DNA of 64,000 bases from a candidate division FCPU426 bacterium (lineage in GTDB: Bacteria; Oederibacteriota; Muellerivitia; Muellerivitales; Muellerivitaceae). Shown here piece by piece: positions 41,029-50,105 of this stretch (position 1 is its first letter; every line of letters starts with the position of its first letter). Location of the stretch: NCBI GenBank assembly GCA_963830915.1, contig CAWHOE010000006.1:192001-256000 (forward strand), read 5' to 3'. The translations under genes and the position numbers were made by a program. The notes under the pieces are model-generated. The model was not told the DNA's origin and searched no databases. It saw only the letters and a list, made by a program, of their open reading frames with translations.

Positions 41029-41238
41029 CTACGGCTTCCAGTTGATGCAGGAGGCCGGACAACCATCCATGGCCTCTTGGATCTTTTCTTCCGAGTCTCC
41101 TTGAGGGTTGTGGACCTCCGCCAATCCGTCGGAGGTCATCCGAAAGACATCCGGGGTCATCGCCACGCAGGATTCGCAGCCGGTACAATCTTTCTGATTC
41201 ACAAAAACGATCCGGGCAGTTTTGTTGTTTGGGCTCAT
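41029..41238 (-). CDS. Small monocluster ferredoxin
   Basis: CTGCESC...GCPASCI; start MSPNNK at 41238 (the ORF-track extension overlaps the upstream gene). Confidence 0.88.
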   Translation of the reverse strand: MSPNNKTARIVFVNQKDCTGCESCVAMTPDVFRMTSDGLAEVHNPQGDSEEKIQEAMDGCPASCINWKP

Positions 41239-41254
41239 AAGTACTTTCTCATTT

Positions 41255-42238
41255 TTAGATTTGAACTCGGAAACTGGTGCTGACCGCCAGATCGGTCCCG
41301 TTGGTTTCCCCGACGACCGCCCAGTGAAGTCCCTGTCCGAAATCGATCCCAAAGACGGCTTTGGGTTCCAAGATAGTGGGTACCCCTGCGGTATTTACAT
41401 TCACGGTAACATTCGTGGGTGTTCCGATCACCGTGTTACTGGAATCGGTCACCGTCTCCAGGACCGTTCCGGTCACTTTGGACGTGATGGTACCTGAATT
41501 CCTCTGAAAACCTATCCCGGCGAATGGATAAGCTACCCCAAAGTCCTTGCCCACCAGTATCTTCGCCCCAAAACTTTTCACGTTCCAATTAAGGGCGTAA
41601 TTGGTACTGCCCGCCAGGGTATCGTTGTAGGTGCTGCCGCCATCCAAATAACTGGCGCTTTGAGTCACGTTCGTGTTCAATCCAAAGCTACCGCTAATTG
41701 TATCCCAACTGACACCCACTGTCACGGTAGGCAGGTTCGGCGCTTCAATGATGCGGTATCTTAAGTCTAAACCCATTCCGTTATATTGACCTGAGAACCC
41801 CGCTTCCGGAACATTGACCGTGGGAAGATATGTGAACCTCAATCCAAAATCCAAACCGTTAACGAGCCCAACCCTTCCCGTCACTACGGGAAAAGGCGCG
41901 GGGATCTGCGATGGAATATTCACGTTCGAGGAAGCGACCAATGCCTGCAAGGGAACATTACCCAAACCGCTTATGTTGATGAAGTCCGCCCCCACCCCGA
42001 TACCCACTTCCACTTTTGTCCCACCCAAGATGTCGAATACAGTGGGCGGAGTATTCCATCCCAATGTAGAGAATAGACCCATGCTTTTTGTGAATTGGCC
42101 ATTCACATAATTGGACAAAACTTGATAGTCCGAGGTCATATTACTGATGAAATCGGTGTTAGCGTCCGCAAGCGCCATTCGGGGAGAAACCGACAAAAGG
42201 AAAAACGCGAAGGTGATTGGAAGTGTTTTTCGGATCAA
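41255..42238 (-). CDS. Putative outer-membrane beta-barrel protein
   Basis: Signal peptide (ALA|D); amphipathic strands such as LDFGLRF, GLDLRY and YPFAGIG. Confidence 0.55.
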   Translation of the reverse strand: MIRKTLPITFAFFLLSVSPRMALADANTDFISNMTSDYQVLSNYVNGQFTKSMGLFSTLGWNTPPTVFDILGGTKVEVGIGVGADFINISGLGNVPLQALVASSNVNIPSQIPAPFPVVTGRVGLVNGLDFGLRFTYLPTVNVPEAGFSGQYNGMGLDLRYRIIEAPNLPTVTVGVSWDTISGSFGLNTNVTQSASYLDGGSTYNDTLAGSTNYALNWNVKSFGAKILVGKDFGVAYPFAGIGFQRNSGTITSKVTGTVLETVTDSSNTVIGTPTNVTVNVNTAGVPTILEPKAVFGIDFGQGLHWAVVGETNGTDLAVSTSFRVQI

Positions 42239-42451
42239 TGTTTAACCTTTCACCAGCCCGACCCTGTTTCAGCCCATATAAAAACTGAGCTAGTTTAATT
42301 CAGATCCTAATGATCGGATCCAGATGCGGTCTGGAGGGCTATATTAAGAAGATAAAACAACTCTCTTTAGTAATTTAAGGGATGAAATATAAAATTGAAA
42401 GGATTTAAATAACCGCCTGCTTTCTTCGAATTTCACCTTTTTGGAGCTCTC

Positions 42452-43168
42452 ATGCGTTGGCCCGATGGCAACCTGGTTTTAGGGGTTTTTCAAGAACGAC
42501 TCCACCGTTTTGGCGCCACTGTGACTGTAAAAGGAAGACAGGAATATTGCCATGTGACCAATTCCGGACGCTTACGCGAACTCCTCATCCCTGGCGCTAC
42601 GGTGGCGCTGGTAGACCATGGGCGTCCCTCTCAGAAACCCTTTCGAAAAACCCGTTATGCCGTGCGCCTTTCAAAATATCGGAAAAAATGGGTTTGCATC
42701 GAGGCCAACATGGCCCCCCGGCTTTTATGGGAAGGATGGAAAAAAGGTCTGGTCCCACCGCTGACAGATTATGACGAACTTAAAGCGGAGGTTCCCCTGG
42801 ACGCCCACACCCGTTTTGATTTCAGAGGACACAACTCGAAGACTGGGGAAACTACTTGGATCGAGGTGAAATGCGTGACACTGGTGAAAGATGGTCGGGC
42901 TTTCTTTCCTGACTCGCCCTCCACGAGGGCATCCAAACATTTAATGGAATTGATGAAACTCTCCCTTCGACCCAGGACCAAATGTTTCGTTTTCTTCATT
43001 CTCCAGAACCCCTATGGGCTCTCGATTTCTCCAAAGGATGACACCGATCCATTGTTTGGGCAAACCTTGCGGAAAACCGCTCGGTCAAAAGTCATCGTGA
43101 AAGCGTTCCAGACCCAAATCGACCTAAGAGGGGCGAAACTTATGGAGGAGATCCCGGTTTTACTGTAA
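42452..43168 (+). CDS. sfsA: DNA/RNA nuclease SfsA
   Basis: HVTNSGRLRELL, RFDF, IEVKCVTL, FPDSPSTRASKHL. Confidence 0.92.
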   Translation: MRWPDGNLVLGVFQERLHRFGATVTVKGRQEYCHVTNSGRLRELLIPGATVALVDHGRPSQKPFRKTRYAVRLSKYRKKWVCIEANMAPRLLWEGWKKGLVPPLTDYDELKAEVPLDAHTRFDFRGHNSKTGETTWIEVKCVTLVKDGRAFFPDSPSTRASKHLMELMKLSLRPRTKCFVFFILQNPYGLSISPKDDTDPLFGQTLRKTARSKVIVKAFQTQIDLRGAKLMEEIPVLL

Positions 43169-44140
43169 CCCACATTTGACGACCCGGCCATTACCGCTAT
43201 CAGTGATGTAAAGGTAACCCTTGGCGTCGATGGCCAGGCCTGTCGGGCTGTTAAGTCCGACCGACTGGGAACCATTCGGATTTACGACCACATTGTTGTT
43301 ACTCGATTGGTTGAAGGCCATGATCCGGTTATTCCCGCTGTCCACCACCACCACGCCGCCCGTGTCCAACCTCACATCCGTCGGGAAGCTCAATTGCCCT
43401 ACCGCAGAACCGGTGCTGCCCAAGGTGGAATAGGTGCCGTCCAAGGTGTTCAGTTTGACGATCTGGTCATGATTGGCGTTGGCGATATAGAGGAAATTGT
43501 TCGAATCAACGGTCATTCCCAATGGGATGGAGAATATCCCGTTGGTCGGACCGCTGTTTCCCCAGGTCGAAACAATGCTCAAACCCGCGGAATACTTGCG
43601 CACCAAGCTGTAATCCGAAATATAAACACTTCCATCGGTTCCGATCGCGATCCCCATGGGGCTATTCAAAATCCCGCCGTTATTAGCGCCAGGGGAGAAT
43701 TTGTTGGTCACGGTCCCCGAAGGATTCATGATGATGACATTATCATTGGAAGCATCGGTTACATAAACATTGCCCGATGGATCAAGGGCGATATCGAAAG
43801 GCTGTGCGAACAATGATCCGCTTCCGCTGTATTGGGCAAAGGGTCCTAAATAGGTTCCATCCGCCTTGTACTTGAACACCTGTAAGTTTCCTGTATCTAC
43901 CACGTAGATATTACCGGTGGTGTCGATCGCGATCCCTGCCGCGTTGTTGAATTGGACGCCTGCCGTCTCTGTCCATTGGTTCATCAAGGCCAGCGTTAAG
44001 GTCGTTGGGCCAGAGGGAGTCGGTTGGGTGGAGGCCTGGGTCGTGAGCGCGGGCGAGGAAGGCGATAGGTTTTTCGCGCACCCAATGGGCAACATCAGCA
44101 AAGCCACCATTAATAAGAGTAAACCGACTGACTTTTTCAT
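43160..44140 (-). CDS. NHL-repeat beta-propeller lipoprotein
   Basis: Start MKKSVG at 44140; lipobox PIGC; about six repeats of PxGIAxDxxGNxYVxD. Confidence 0.85.
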   Translation of the reverse strand: MKKSVGLLLLMVALLMLPIGCAKNLSPSSPALTTQASTQPTPSGPTTLTLALMNQWTETAGVQFNNAAGIAIDTTGNIYVVDTGNLQVFKYKADGTYLGPFAQYSGSGSLFAQPFDIALDPSGNVYVTDASNDNVIIMNPSGTVTNKFSPGANNGGILNSPMGIAIGTDGSVYISDYSLVRKYSAGLSIVSTWGNSGPTNGIFSIPLGMTVDSNNFLYIANANHDQIVKLNTLDGTYSTLGSTGSAVGQLSFPTDVRLDTGGVVVVDSGNNRIMAFNQSSNNNVVVNPNGSQSVGLNSPTGLAIDAKGYLYITDSGNGRVVKCGLQ

Positions 44141-44263
44141 TTCGTTCCCCTTTTCGGATCCAATGAGTTGGAATCTTTTCTTCATTCGCTGTTTCAAGTT
44201 CCGTACCTCTTGGTTTTAGATAAAGCATTGATGATGCCAAGAAAAAGGGATGGATACAGCTGA

Positions 44264-44276
44264 TGTAAGCGCTTTC
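44264..44276. promoter_or_regulatory. LacI-type operator candidate upstream of the NHL lipoprotein
   Basis: TGTAAGCGCTTTC. Confidence 0.5.
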
Positions 44277-44408
44277 TCGGGTCTAAAAGACATCCATTCG
44301 CGGGTTAAAAAGCACTCAATGGGTAAGAGTTACCCAGGGGTTGGTAGGTTTAATTAAAATGACTGGTGGCTTAGTTGGAACTGGGCGGGTAGATTTTTTT
44401 GAAATGAA

Positions 44409-44576
44409 TTAAGCTTGGACCGCGTATTCCTCAACGAAATGTTTCCGAACTTCATCATCCAAAAGATAACAATCGGGACAATCCTGGATGTGTTTTTTGA
44501 TCCATTCGACCTGGGGCTCAGGTAAAGTTCCCTGGATGAATTGGCGGAGGGAGTTGTGTATTTGACGGCAATCCAT
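44409..44576 (-). CDS. Small zf-HC2 (ZAS anti-sigma-type zinc finger) protein
   Basis: MDC...HIQDCPDC (HxxxCxxC); GAGG RBS. Confidence 0.7.
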   Translation of the reverse strand: MDCRQIHNSLRQFIQGTLPEPQVEWIKKHIQDCPDCYLLDDEVRKHFVEEYAVQA

Positions 44577-44783
44577 AGTTCCTCGCTTTTTGATCGGGCT
44601 CGGCAAAGCCCGAATTGTTTCCTCAACAGACTTATAAAATACTCTTCAGTTATCCCTTTTCCCAGACAAGAAGTGGTAATTTTGCTTCAACGTAAAAACG
44701 CTTGGAACACTGGGGTTTTTCAAGAGCCGTTAAGGTGGGGATCAAACAATTCATGGCATCGATCTGGGGATTTTACACTTTTT

Positions 44784-47093
44784 CTAACTAGCGCCTTCTT
44801 GGGACTCGGAGCTCTTTTCTTCCAATTTTGCCTCGACTGCCTGCCGGGCTCCTTGGACGATCTCCCTCAACTCTTTTTCAACGTCCTTTTCGATGCGGTT
44901 CAAGAACTTCAACACATACTGGGAACGAAATTGCCCTAACGCCTCAATGGCGGCTTTCCGGACAAGGATCGTCCGATCTTTCTTCCCTTCCAGGAATTTA
45001 TAGTTCTCCGCCCATTCCACCAATGAGTTGATGGAAAAGGGCTCTTGCAGGGCTCCGAGAACCGCGCAAGCTTGGATCCAAAAATCCTCTTTTCCAGGAA
45101 CATCCGGAGGGAATAATTTGACCGCCGCGATGATATTGCGAGAATCCCCTTCCAACGCCATCTTGGGCAATAGATTCATGGCCCAAAGCGCCACTTCTTT
45201 ATTTGGCGCCTCTAAAATATGGAGGAGCAACGTTCGATATTCTTTTTTCTCCCAGAATTCAATGATCTCAAGGATCTTGACCTGGGCTTCCGGTTTGAAG
45301 GTTTCCCAATAGTTCAGGAAATAAGCCGCCATGGATTGGGGAGGGGGCACTTTTCTGAAGATGTCCAGGAATTGGTCCAATTTATCCGAACCCTGGTTTT
45401 CCTTGAGCCATTGCTCATAGACCGGTATGCCAGCAGTCTCCATGTTATTTAACCAGCCAACCGCCTTTTTCCATTCCGGGTTGGCTACCTCGGTTTGCAA
45501 TACCTTTTGCATCAGGAAAGGGGTCGTCAAAAAGTGAAGCGTCGTGAAAAGTTTCGACAAGTTCTCCTTCTCGGCGTCATTTTCAAGGTTCTTCGCGTAG
45601 AGGCTTTCCCATTGGGCGTGAGTGAACACCGTTCCAAGAACGGCTTTCGCTTCCGTGTCCTGTTTCTCAAAAACAGGGGAGCTCTTTTCAGAGAGCAATT
45701 TCAGAAGGATCACGGTCTTGAGAAGCTCATCCCATTGGGGATCGGCAAGTTCGGACGTCAGCCAATTTTGGACGAAGGTCAAGGCTGAACGGTAGTGATC
45801 CCATTGGGTGGCGGACGCTAGGAATCTTCGGATATTTCGAAAGGCTTCCAATTGCATGCCCCTCGGGATCTTGTTCCACGGGAGTCGGCCCAAGTGCCGT
45901 AAAGCGATCGCCTTAACATTCTCCTCCCCTGATAAAAGGATCTTCCATAACGCTTCCCAAACCTTTTCCAATCTTTCCAGTTCATCCGGATTGATCAACC
46001 GGGTCAATCGGCCGGCGACCTGGGATTCTTTCTCTGGATCCGTCAAAGGGGAAAAATCCCCGTTATCAAACGCGGTAAGGATCGGATCGGTCTCGAAAAG
46101 GGTTAACCGGTCATCGCTGGTATCCACCGCGCTGTCCATATCCCCGCCCATACCCCCCGACCCAAACCCACCCTGGTCTCCTAAGACCACCAGTTTTTTG
46201 AGCATTTCCTCCATGCTCATCTGGACATTCTCGATATCGGTTGGCTCCTTGACTTTAGCCAATGTTTTTTTAAGGCTTAAAAACCCTGTCATGATCTCCT
46301 GCCATTGGAAGCCCAATCCAGGCCCGCTGCCCATTCCACCACCCATACCATTTCCCTGACCAGTTCCTGTACCGCTTCCGGAACCTCCTCCCACGCCTAC
46401 ACCTCCGCCCAACCCGCTTCCAGAACCGCCGCCAGGCCCCCCCATCCCCATTCCCGAACCTTGACCCATTCCCGCTAAACCGTCGATCAGCCACCCCCCC
46501 ATGTTATCGACCATTTTTTTCGCGACTTCCCGTTTGTTGTTCTCCGGTTTCACTCTGGAGAATATCTGGAGGAAATATTGAAGGGCTTCCAAAGCTTCCT
46601 GGAGATTGTCCTCCCCTTCCAATTCCGAACCGACCGGGACCACTTTTTCCCCATCCTTGATGGCTACGAAGACTTTCTCGTTAAGAAGGACATGTTCGAC
46701 TTTTTTCTGTTCCAGCGCCTGGAATATGGTGGTTCCGGGTGGCAACCCCCTGGGTTTCAGGAGCATGAAGAATTCCCGGATCTCCGAGGAAGATACCCCT
46801 TTCACGAAGGTGACCCCATGGATCTTATGGGTCAGGAACAGGTCCTTGAGCATGTTGGTGGAACCTGTGGCCTTCTCATTGAGTGTCATTCCTTCCACTA
46901 CCAGTCGGCCTTCCGATTCACCGAAAGAGACCGATGGGATCGTTTTGAACAATTCCTCAAGAATATTTAAGAATTTATCCAGGGACTGCTGGGACATGGC
47001 GTTATCGGAGGCATATAGGAAAAAATTGGAAAGAGCGACCCGCATCTCACGGACGGCGATGGAAGCCAGTTGGATCTGTTCGGGACTTAACAA
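44784..47093 (-). CDS. HEAT-repeat protein with a Gly/Met-rich low-complexity insert
   Basis: Helical repeats (VRKAAIEALGQF); N-terminal domain resembles the N-termini of HEAT/HD-GYP proteins; GSGMGMGGPGGG tract. Confidence 0.65.
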   Translation of the reverse strand: MLSPEQIQLASIAVREMRVALSNFFLYASDNAMSQQSLDKFLNILEELFKTIPSVSFGESEGRLVVEGMTLNEKATGSTNMLKDLFLTHKIHGVTFVKGVSSSEIREFFMLLKPRGLPPGTTIFQALEQKKVEHVLLNEKVFVAIKDGEKVVPVGSELEGEDNLQEALEALQYFLQIFSRVKPENNKREVAKKMVDNMGGWLIDGLAGMGQGSGMGMGGPGGGSGSGLGGGVGVGGGSGSGTGTGQGNGMGGGMGSGPGLGFQWQEIMTGFLSLKKTLAKVKEPTDIENVQMSMEEMLKKLVVLGDQGGFGSGGMGGDMDSAVDTSDDRLTLFETDPILTAFDNGDFSPLTDPEKESQVAGRLTRLINPDELERLEKVWEALWKILLSGEENVKAIALRHLGRLPWNKIPRGMQLEAFRNIRRFLASATQWDHYRSALTFVQNWLTSELADPQWDELLKTVILLKLLSEKSSPVFEKQDTEAKAVLGTVFTHAQWESLYAKNLENDAEKENLSKLFTTLHFLTTPFLMQKVLQTEVANPEWKKAVGWLNNMETAGIPVYEQWLKENQGSDKLDQFLDIFRKVPPPQSMAAYFLNYWETFKPEAQVKILEIIEFWEKKEYRTLLLHILEAPNKEVALWAMNLLPKMALEGDSRNIIAAVKLFPPDVPGKEDFWIQACAVLGALQEPFSINSLVEWAENYKFLEGKKDRTILVRKAAIEALGQFRSQYVLKFLNRIEKDVEKELREIVQGARQAVEAKLEEKSSESQEGAS

Positions 47094-47224
47094 AGGGACT
47101 TCCTTGAGTTTGGATTCTAATCATTTTTATTATAATCAGAAATACTCATCGAGACCCCTAAAACACACCAATAGATGAAAACCATCCCCCCTTCATTTCC
47201 TTGGACTTATTGATTTTTAACCAC

Positions 47225-47258
47225 AAAAAAAAGGGACCGCCGTAACCGGCGGTCCCTT
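47225..47258 (-). terminator. Intrinsic terminator after the pilin pair
   Basis: Minus strand AAGGGACCGCCGGTTACGGCGGTCCCTTTTTTTT. Confidence 0.88.
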
Positions 47259-47275
47259 GAAAGAAAGCAAAAAAC

Positions 47276-47731
47276 TTATTCGTAACCGTAGAAAGAATAA
47301 GGTATTTGCTTGGAATCCTTGACGGTGCTGTTGACATACACATTCCCATAAGTGCTGTCATACAACCACCCTGTCGCGGCAGTGGTCGGGACCGAAGTCG
47401 CGGCGGTCATCGAGACCAACGCTCCAGTCGGGCTTGTCGCCCCGACGACGAAAGCGCCCGTCACTTTGACAGGCGAGATATTGTCCAAATACTTGCTGAA
47501 TGCGTAACCCGTAAAAGACTGCAAGGTGGACGGCCATATACCCTGGGTATCCCCATAGTAAATGGAAGCCGCCGACTTGATACTACCCAAGTTACCCTTG
47601 GTCGATCCTTCGCGTGATTTTTCCAGCATCTGGGCGAAACGCGGAATGGCGATGGCCGCCAAGATCCCGATGATCGCGACAACGATCATCAGCTCGATCA
47701 AGGTGAAACCTTTCTGCTTTAAACGGAACAT
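47276..47731 (-). CDS. Type IV pilin / pseudopilin (copy 2)
   Basis: KG|FTLIELMIVVAIIGILAAIAIP class III signal with E5. Confidence 0.92.
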   Translation of the reverse strand: MFRLKQKGFTLIELMIVVAIIGILAAIAIPRFAQMLEKSREGSTKGNLGSIKSAASIYYGDTQGIWPSTLQSFTGYAFSKYLDNISPVKVTGAFVVGATSPTGALVSMTAATSVPTTAATGWLYDSTYGNVYVNSTVKDSKQIPYSFYGYE

Positions 47732-47820
47732 AAAGCACCCCCTATTTTATTACTGATTGAACGACCCACAACCCATGGCCGACCTGCACTTACCCTCTTC
47801 GAGGGTAAGCCAACACCCCC

Positions 47821-48276
47821 TTATTCATACCCGTAAAACGAATAAGGGATCTGCTTGGAATCCTTTATGGTGCTGTTGACGAACACGTTTCCATAAGTAC
47901 TGTCATAAAGCCAGCCTGTCGCGGCGGTACTTGGCACCGAACTAGCGGTGGTCATGGACACTTTCCCACCCGTTGGACTGGTCGCCCCGACCACAAAAGC
48001 CCCTGTTACCTTCACGGGTGAGATATCGTCCAAGTATTTGCTGAATGCGTAACCGGTAAAGGACTGTAAGGTCGTCGGCCAAACTCCTTGGGAATCGCCG
48101 TAATAGATGGAAACCGCCGATTTGATACTTCCTAAATTTCCCTTGGTTGACCCTTCGCGTGATTTTTCCAGCATCTGCGCGAAACGGGGGATGGCGATGG
48201 CGGCCAATATTCCGATGATCGCCACCACGATCATCAGTTCGATCAAGGTAAAACCCTTCTGTTTCAAACGGCTCAT
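47821..48276 (-). CDS. Type IV pilin / pseudopilin (copy 1)
   Basis: Start MSRLKQKG at 48276 (AGGAGG RBS); 151 aa; 13 substitutions relative to copy 2. Confidence 0.92.
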   Translation of the reverse strand: MSRLKQKGFTLIELMIVVAIIGILAAIAIPRFAQMLEKSREGSTKGNLGSIKSAVSIYYGDSQGVWPTTLQSFTGYAFSKYLDDISPVKVTGAFVVGATSPTGGKVSMTTASSVPSTAATGWLYDSTYGNVFVNSTIKDSKQIPYSFYGYE

Positions 48277-48368
48277 AATTCCTCCTAGGTTTTCTTCTTT
48301 TAAACTCATCCCGCCCGACCCAGGCGGTCCTGCCGGACCCAAAAACCGATCCCATCTTTAACTTAAAA

Positions 48369-48560
48369 TTAATTGTTATTTTCCAACTGTTTCATTTCGA
48401 TCTTCTGGGAACGAACATCGTTCTTCTGACTATTTCCAGTTCCTTTCACGATGACCGTGGAAGAAACATTGCTGGCCTTTGGAACCCTGTCTCCCATCGC
48501 CAGGAAAATGGAATAAACCACGATCAGTAAAAAAAGAATCAATAACAGATAACGTTTCAT
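48369..48560 (-). CDS. Small membrane-anchored or secreted hypothetical protein
   Basis: MKRYLLLILFLLIVVYSIFLA hydrophobic N-terminus; GGAG RBS; first gene after the sigma54 promoter. Confidence 0.55.
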   Translation of the reverse strand: MKRYLLLILFLLIVVYSIFLAMGDRVPKASNVSSTVIVKGTGNSQKNDVRSQKIEMKQLENNN

Positions 48561-48608
48561 TCGGTCTCCCGAAAGGGCAGTTTCGGCGTTGTTCATATCC
48601 TCATTTAA

Positions 48609-48625
48609 AGCATGGACCATGCCAG
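48609..48625 (-). promoter_or_regulatory. sigma54 (-24/-12) promoter for the pilin genes
   Basis: Minus strand CTGGCATGGTCCATGCT with exact GG-N10-GC spacing; a sigma54 activator gene is adjacent. Confidence 0.7.
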
Positions 48626-48671
48626 CTTAACCAGGACGATTTATTGGGTTTTTGAGGCATTAGGAAAGTAC

Positions 48672-48715
48672 ACCCGCATAAAAAACGACGCGGTTGTCAC
48701 TATTTTCATGCGGGT
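48672..48715. promoter_or_regulatory. Inverted repeat, candidate upstream activator site
   Basis: ACCCGCATAAAAA...ATTTTCATGCGGGT, about 50-90 bp upstream of the -24 box. Confidence 0.45.
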
Positions 48716-48725
48716 CTTGGAGAAA

Positions 48726-50105
48726 TTAATTTTTGTTTTTTTTGTATTGGGCTGGCTGGATCTTATTTTTTTTGATCAGCGTTTGAAAATTTCTTCGAGC
48801 TAATCCCGCTCGGGCGGCCGCTTGCGTGACATTTCCATCACATTCTTTCAGCATCTTAACTAAGTAGGTTTTTTCGAAAACCTTCAATTGAGATCTCTTC
48901 GCTTGACGGTAATCGGCCAGGTCCACGGCTATCTCTTCACCCTCGGTCAGGATCAGGTCCTGAGGCGTGATCTCCGGCCCGGAAGAGATCAAGGCGGCCC
49001 TTTCCAGAACATTCTTGAGCTCCCGGATGTTCCCTGGCCAATCATGACCCACCAACCATTTCAAGGAATCATTCGAAAGTTTTTTCGACCCTTTCCCCTT
49101 TGACGATTGCTTCTCCAGGAAATAATTGGAAAGCGCTTGAATATCCTCAAGCCTTTCCCTCAAGGGCGGCAGGTGAAGGGTCAAAACCGAAAGTCGATAG
49201 AACAGATCCTTGCGAAATGTCTTTTGGGCCACCATATCTTCCAAATCCTGGTTCGTCGCAACGATGACCCGGACCTTGATCTTCCGGGAACGGGTTTCCC
49301 CAACGGGCCTTACTTCCCCTGATTCCAGGGCACGAAGAAGCTTCGCCTGTGATTCCATTGGAACTTCCGCGATCTCATCGAGGAATAAAGTTCCGCCATC
49401 GGCAGCCTCGAATAACCCGACCCGGCTCTCGTTGGCTCCCGTAAAGGCTCCCTTTTTAACGCCAAAAAGCTCCGCCTCGAACAGGCTTGCCGGCAATGAT
49501 CCTGCGTTCACCTGGATCAATGGGCCAGCGGCGTTAGGGGATTGCTCATGGATGGCTCGGGCCGCCAATTCTTTTCCGACTCCCGATTCCCCAGTGATAA
49601 GCACAGGAGAATCGCTCGGAGCGAATTTTTGGATCAGTTGATGGACTTTCTCAATGGCTTTGGAACGGCCGATCATTGGCCCGGAGGACTGGTTGGATAT
49701 CTCTTTGCGAAGACGAACATTTTCCATCAGCAATTTTTGCTTTTCCATGGCCCTATGCAGGACGACCTCCAGGTCTTCCTGGGTGAAAGGCTTGGGCAGG
49801 TAATCCTCCGCGCCCCGTTTGATGACATCCACCACATTCTTGGTGTTCCCATAAGCGGAGATAACGATCACTGAGGTCTGGGGCCGGATTTTTTTTACCC
49901 TTTCCAGGAGTTCCTCCCCCGATAGGCCCGGCAATTTCAAATCCGTTATGATGATCTTGAATGCCGTGCGGGAAATTTCTTCCAAGGCCTTCTCAGCGTC
50001 TTCCGCGCAAACCGCCTCATAACCGCTCTTTTCCAGCATGGCTTCAAGCAGGTTCCGAACACCCTTTTCGTCATCCACCACCAGTACTTTTAATTTAGGA
50101 GTCAT
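48726..50105 (-). CDS. sigma54-dependent NtrC-family response regulator (PilR-like)
   Basis: REC domain (VVDDE, TDLKLP); GESGVGKE; GAFTGA; FLDEI; WPGNIREL; Fis-type HTH. Confidence 0.95.
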   Translation of the reverse strand: MTPKLKVLVVDDEKGVRNLLEAMLEKSGYEAVCAEDAEKALEEISRTAFKIIITDLKLPGLSGEELLERVKKIRPQTSVIVISAYGNTKNVVDVIKRGAEDYLPKPFTQEDLEVVLHRAMEKQKLLMENVRLRKEISNQSSGPMIGRSKAIEKVHQLIQKFAPSDSPVLITGESGVGKELAARAIHEQSPNAAGPLIQVNAGSLPASLFEAELFGVKKGAFTGANESRVGLFEAADGGTLFLDEIAEVPMESQAKLLRALESGEVRPVGETRSRKIKVRVIVATNQDLEDMVAQKTFRKDLFYRLSVLTLHLPPLRERLEDIQALSNYFLEKQSSKGKGSKKLSNDSLKWLVGHDWPGNIRELKNVLERAALISSGPEITPQDLILTEGEEIAVDLADYRQAKRSQLKVFEKTYLVKMLKECDGNVTQAAARAGLARRNFQTLIKKNKIQPAQYKKNKN

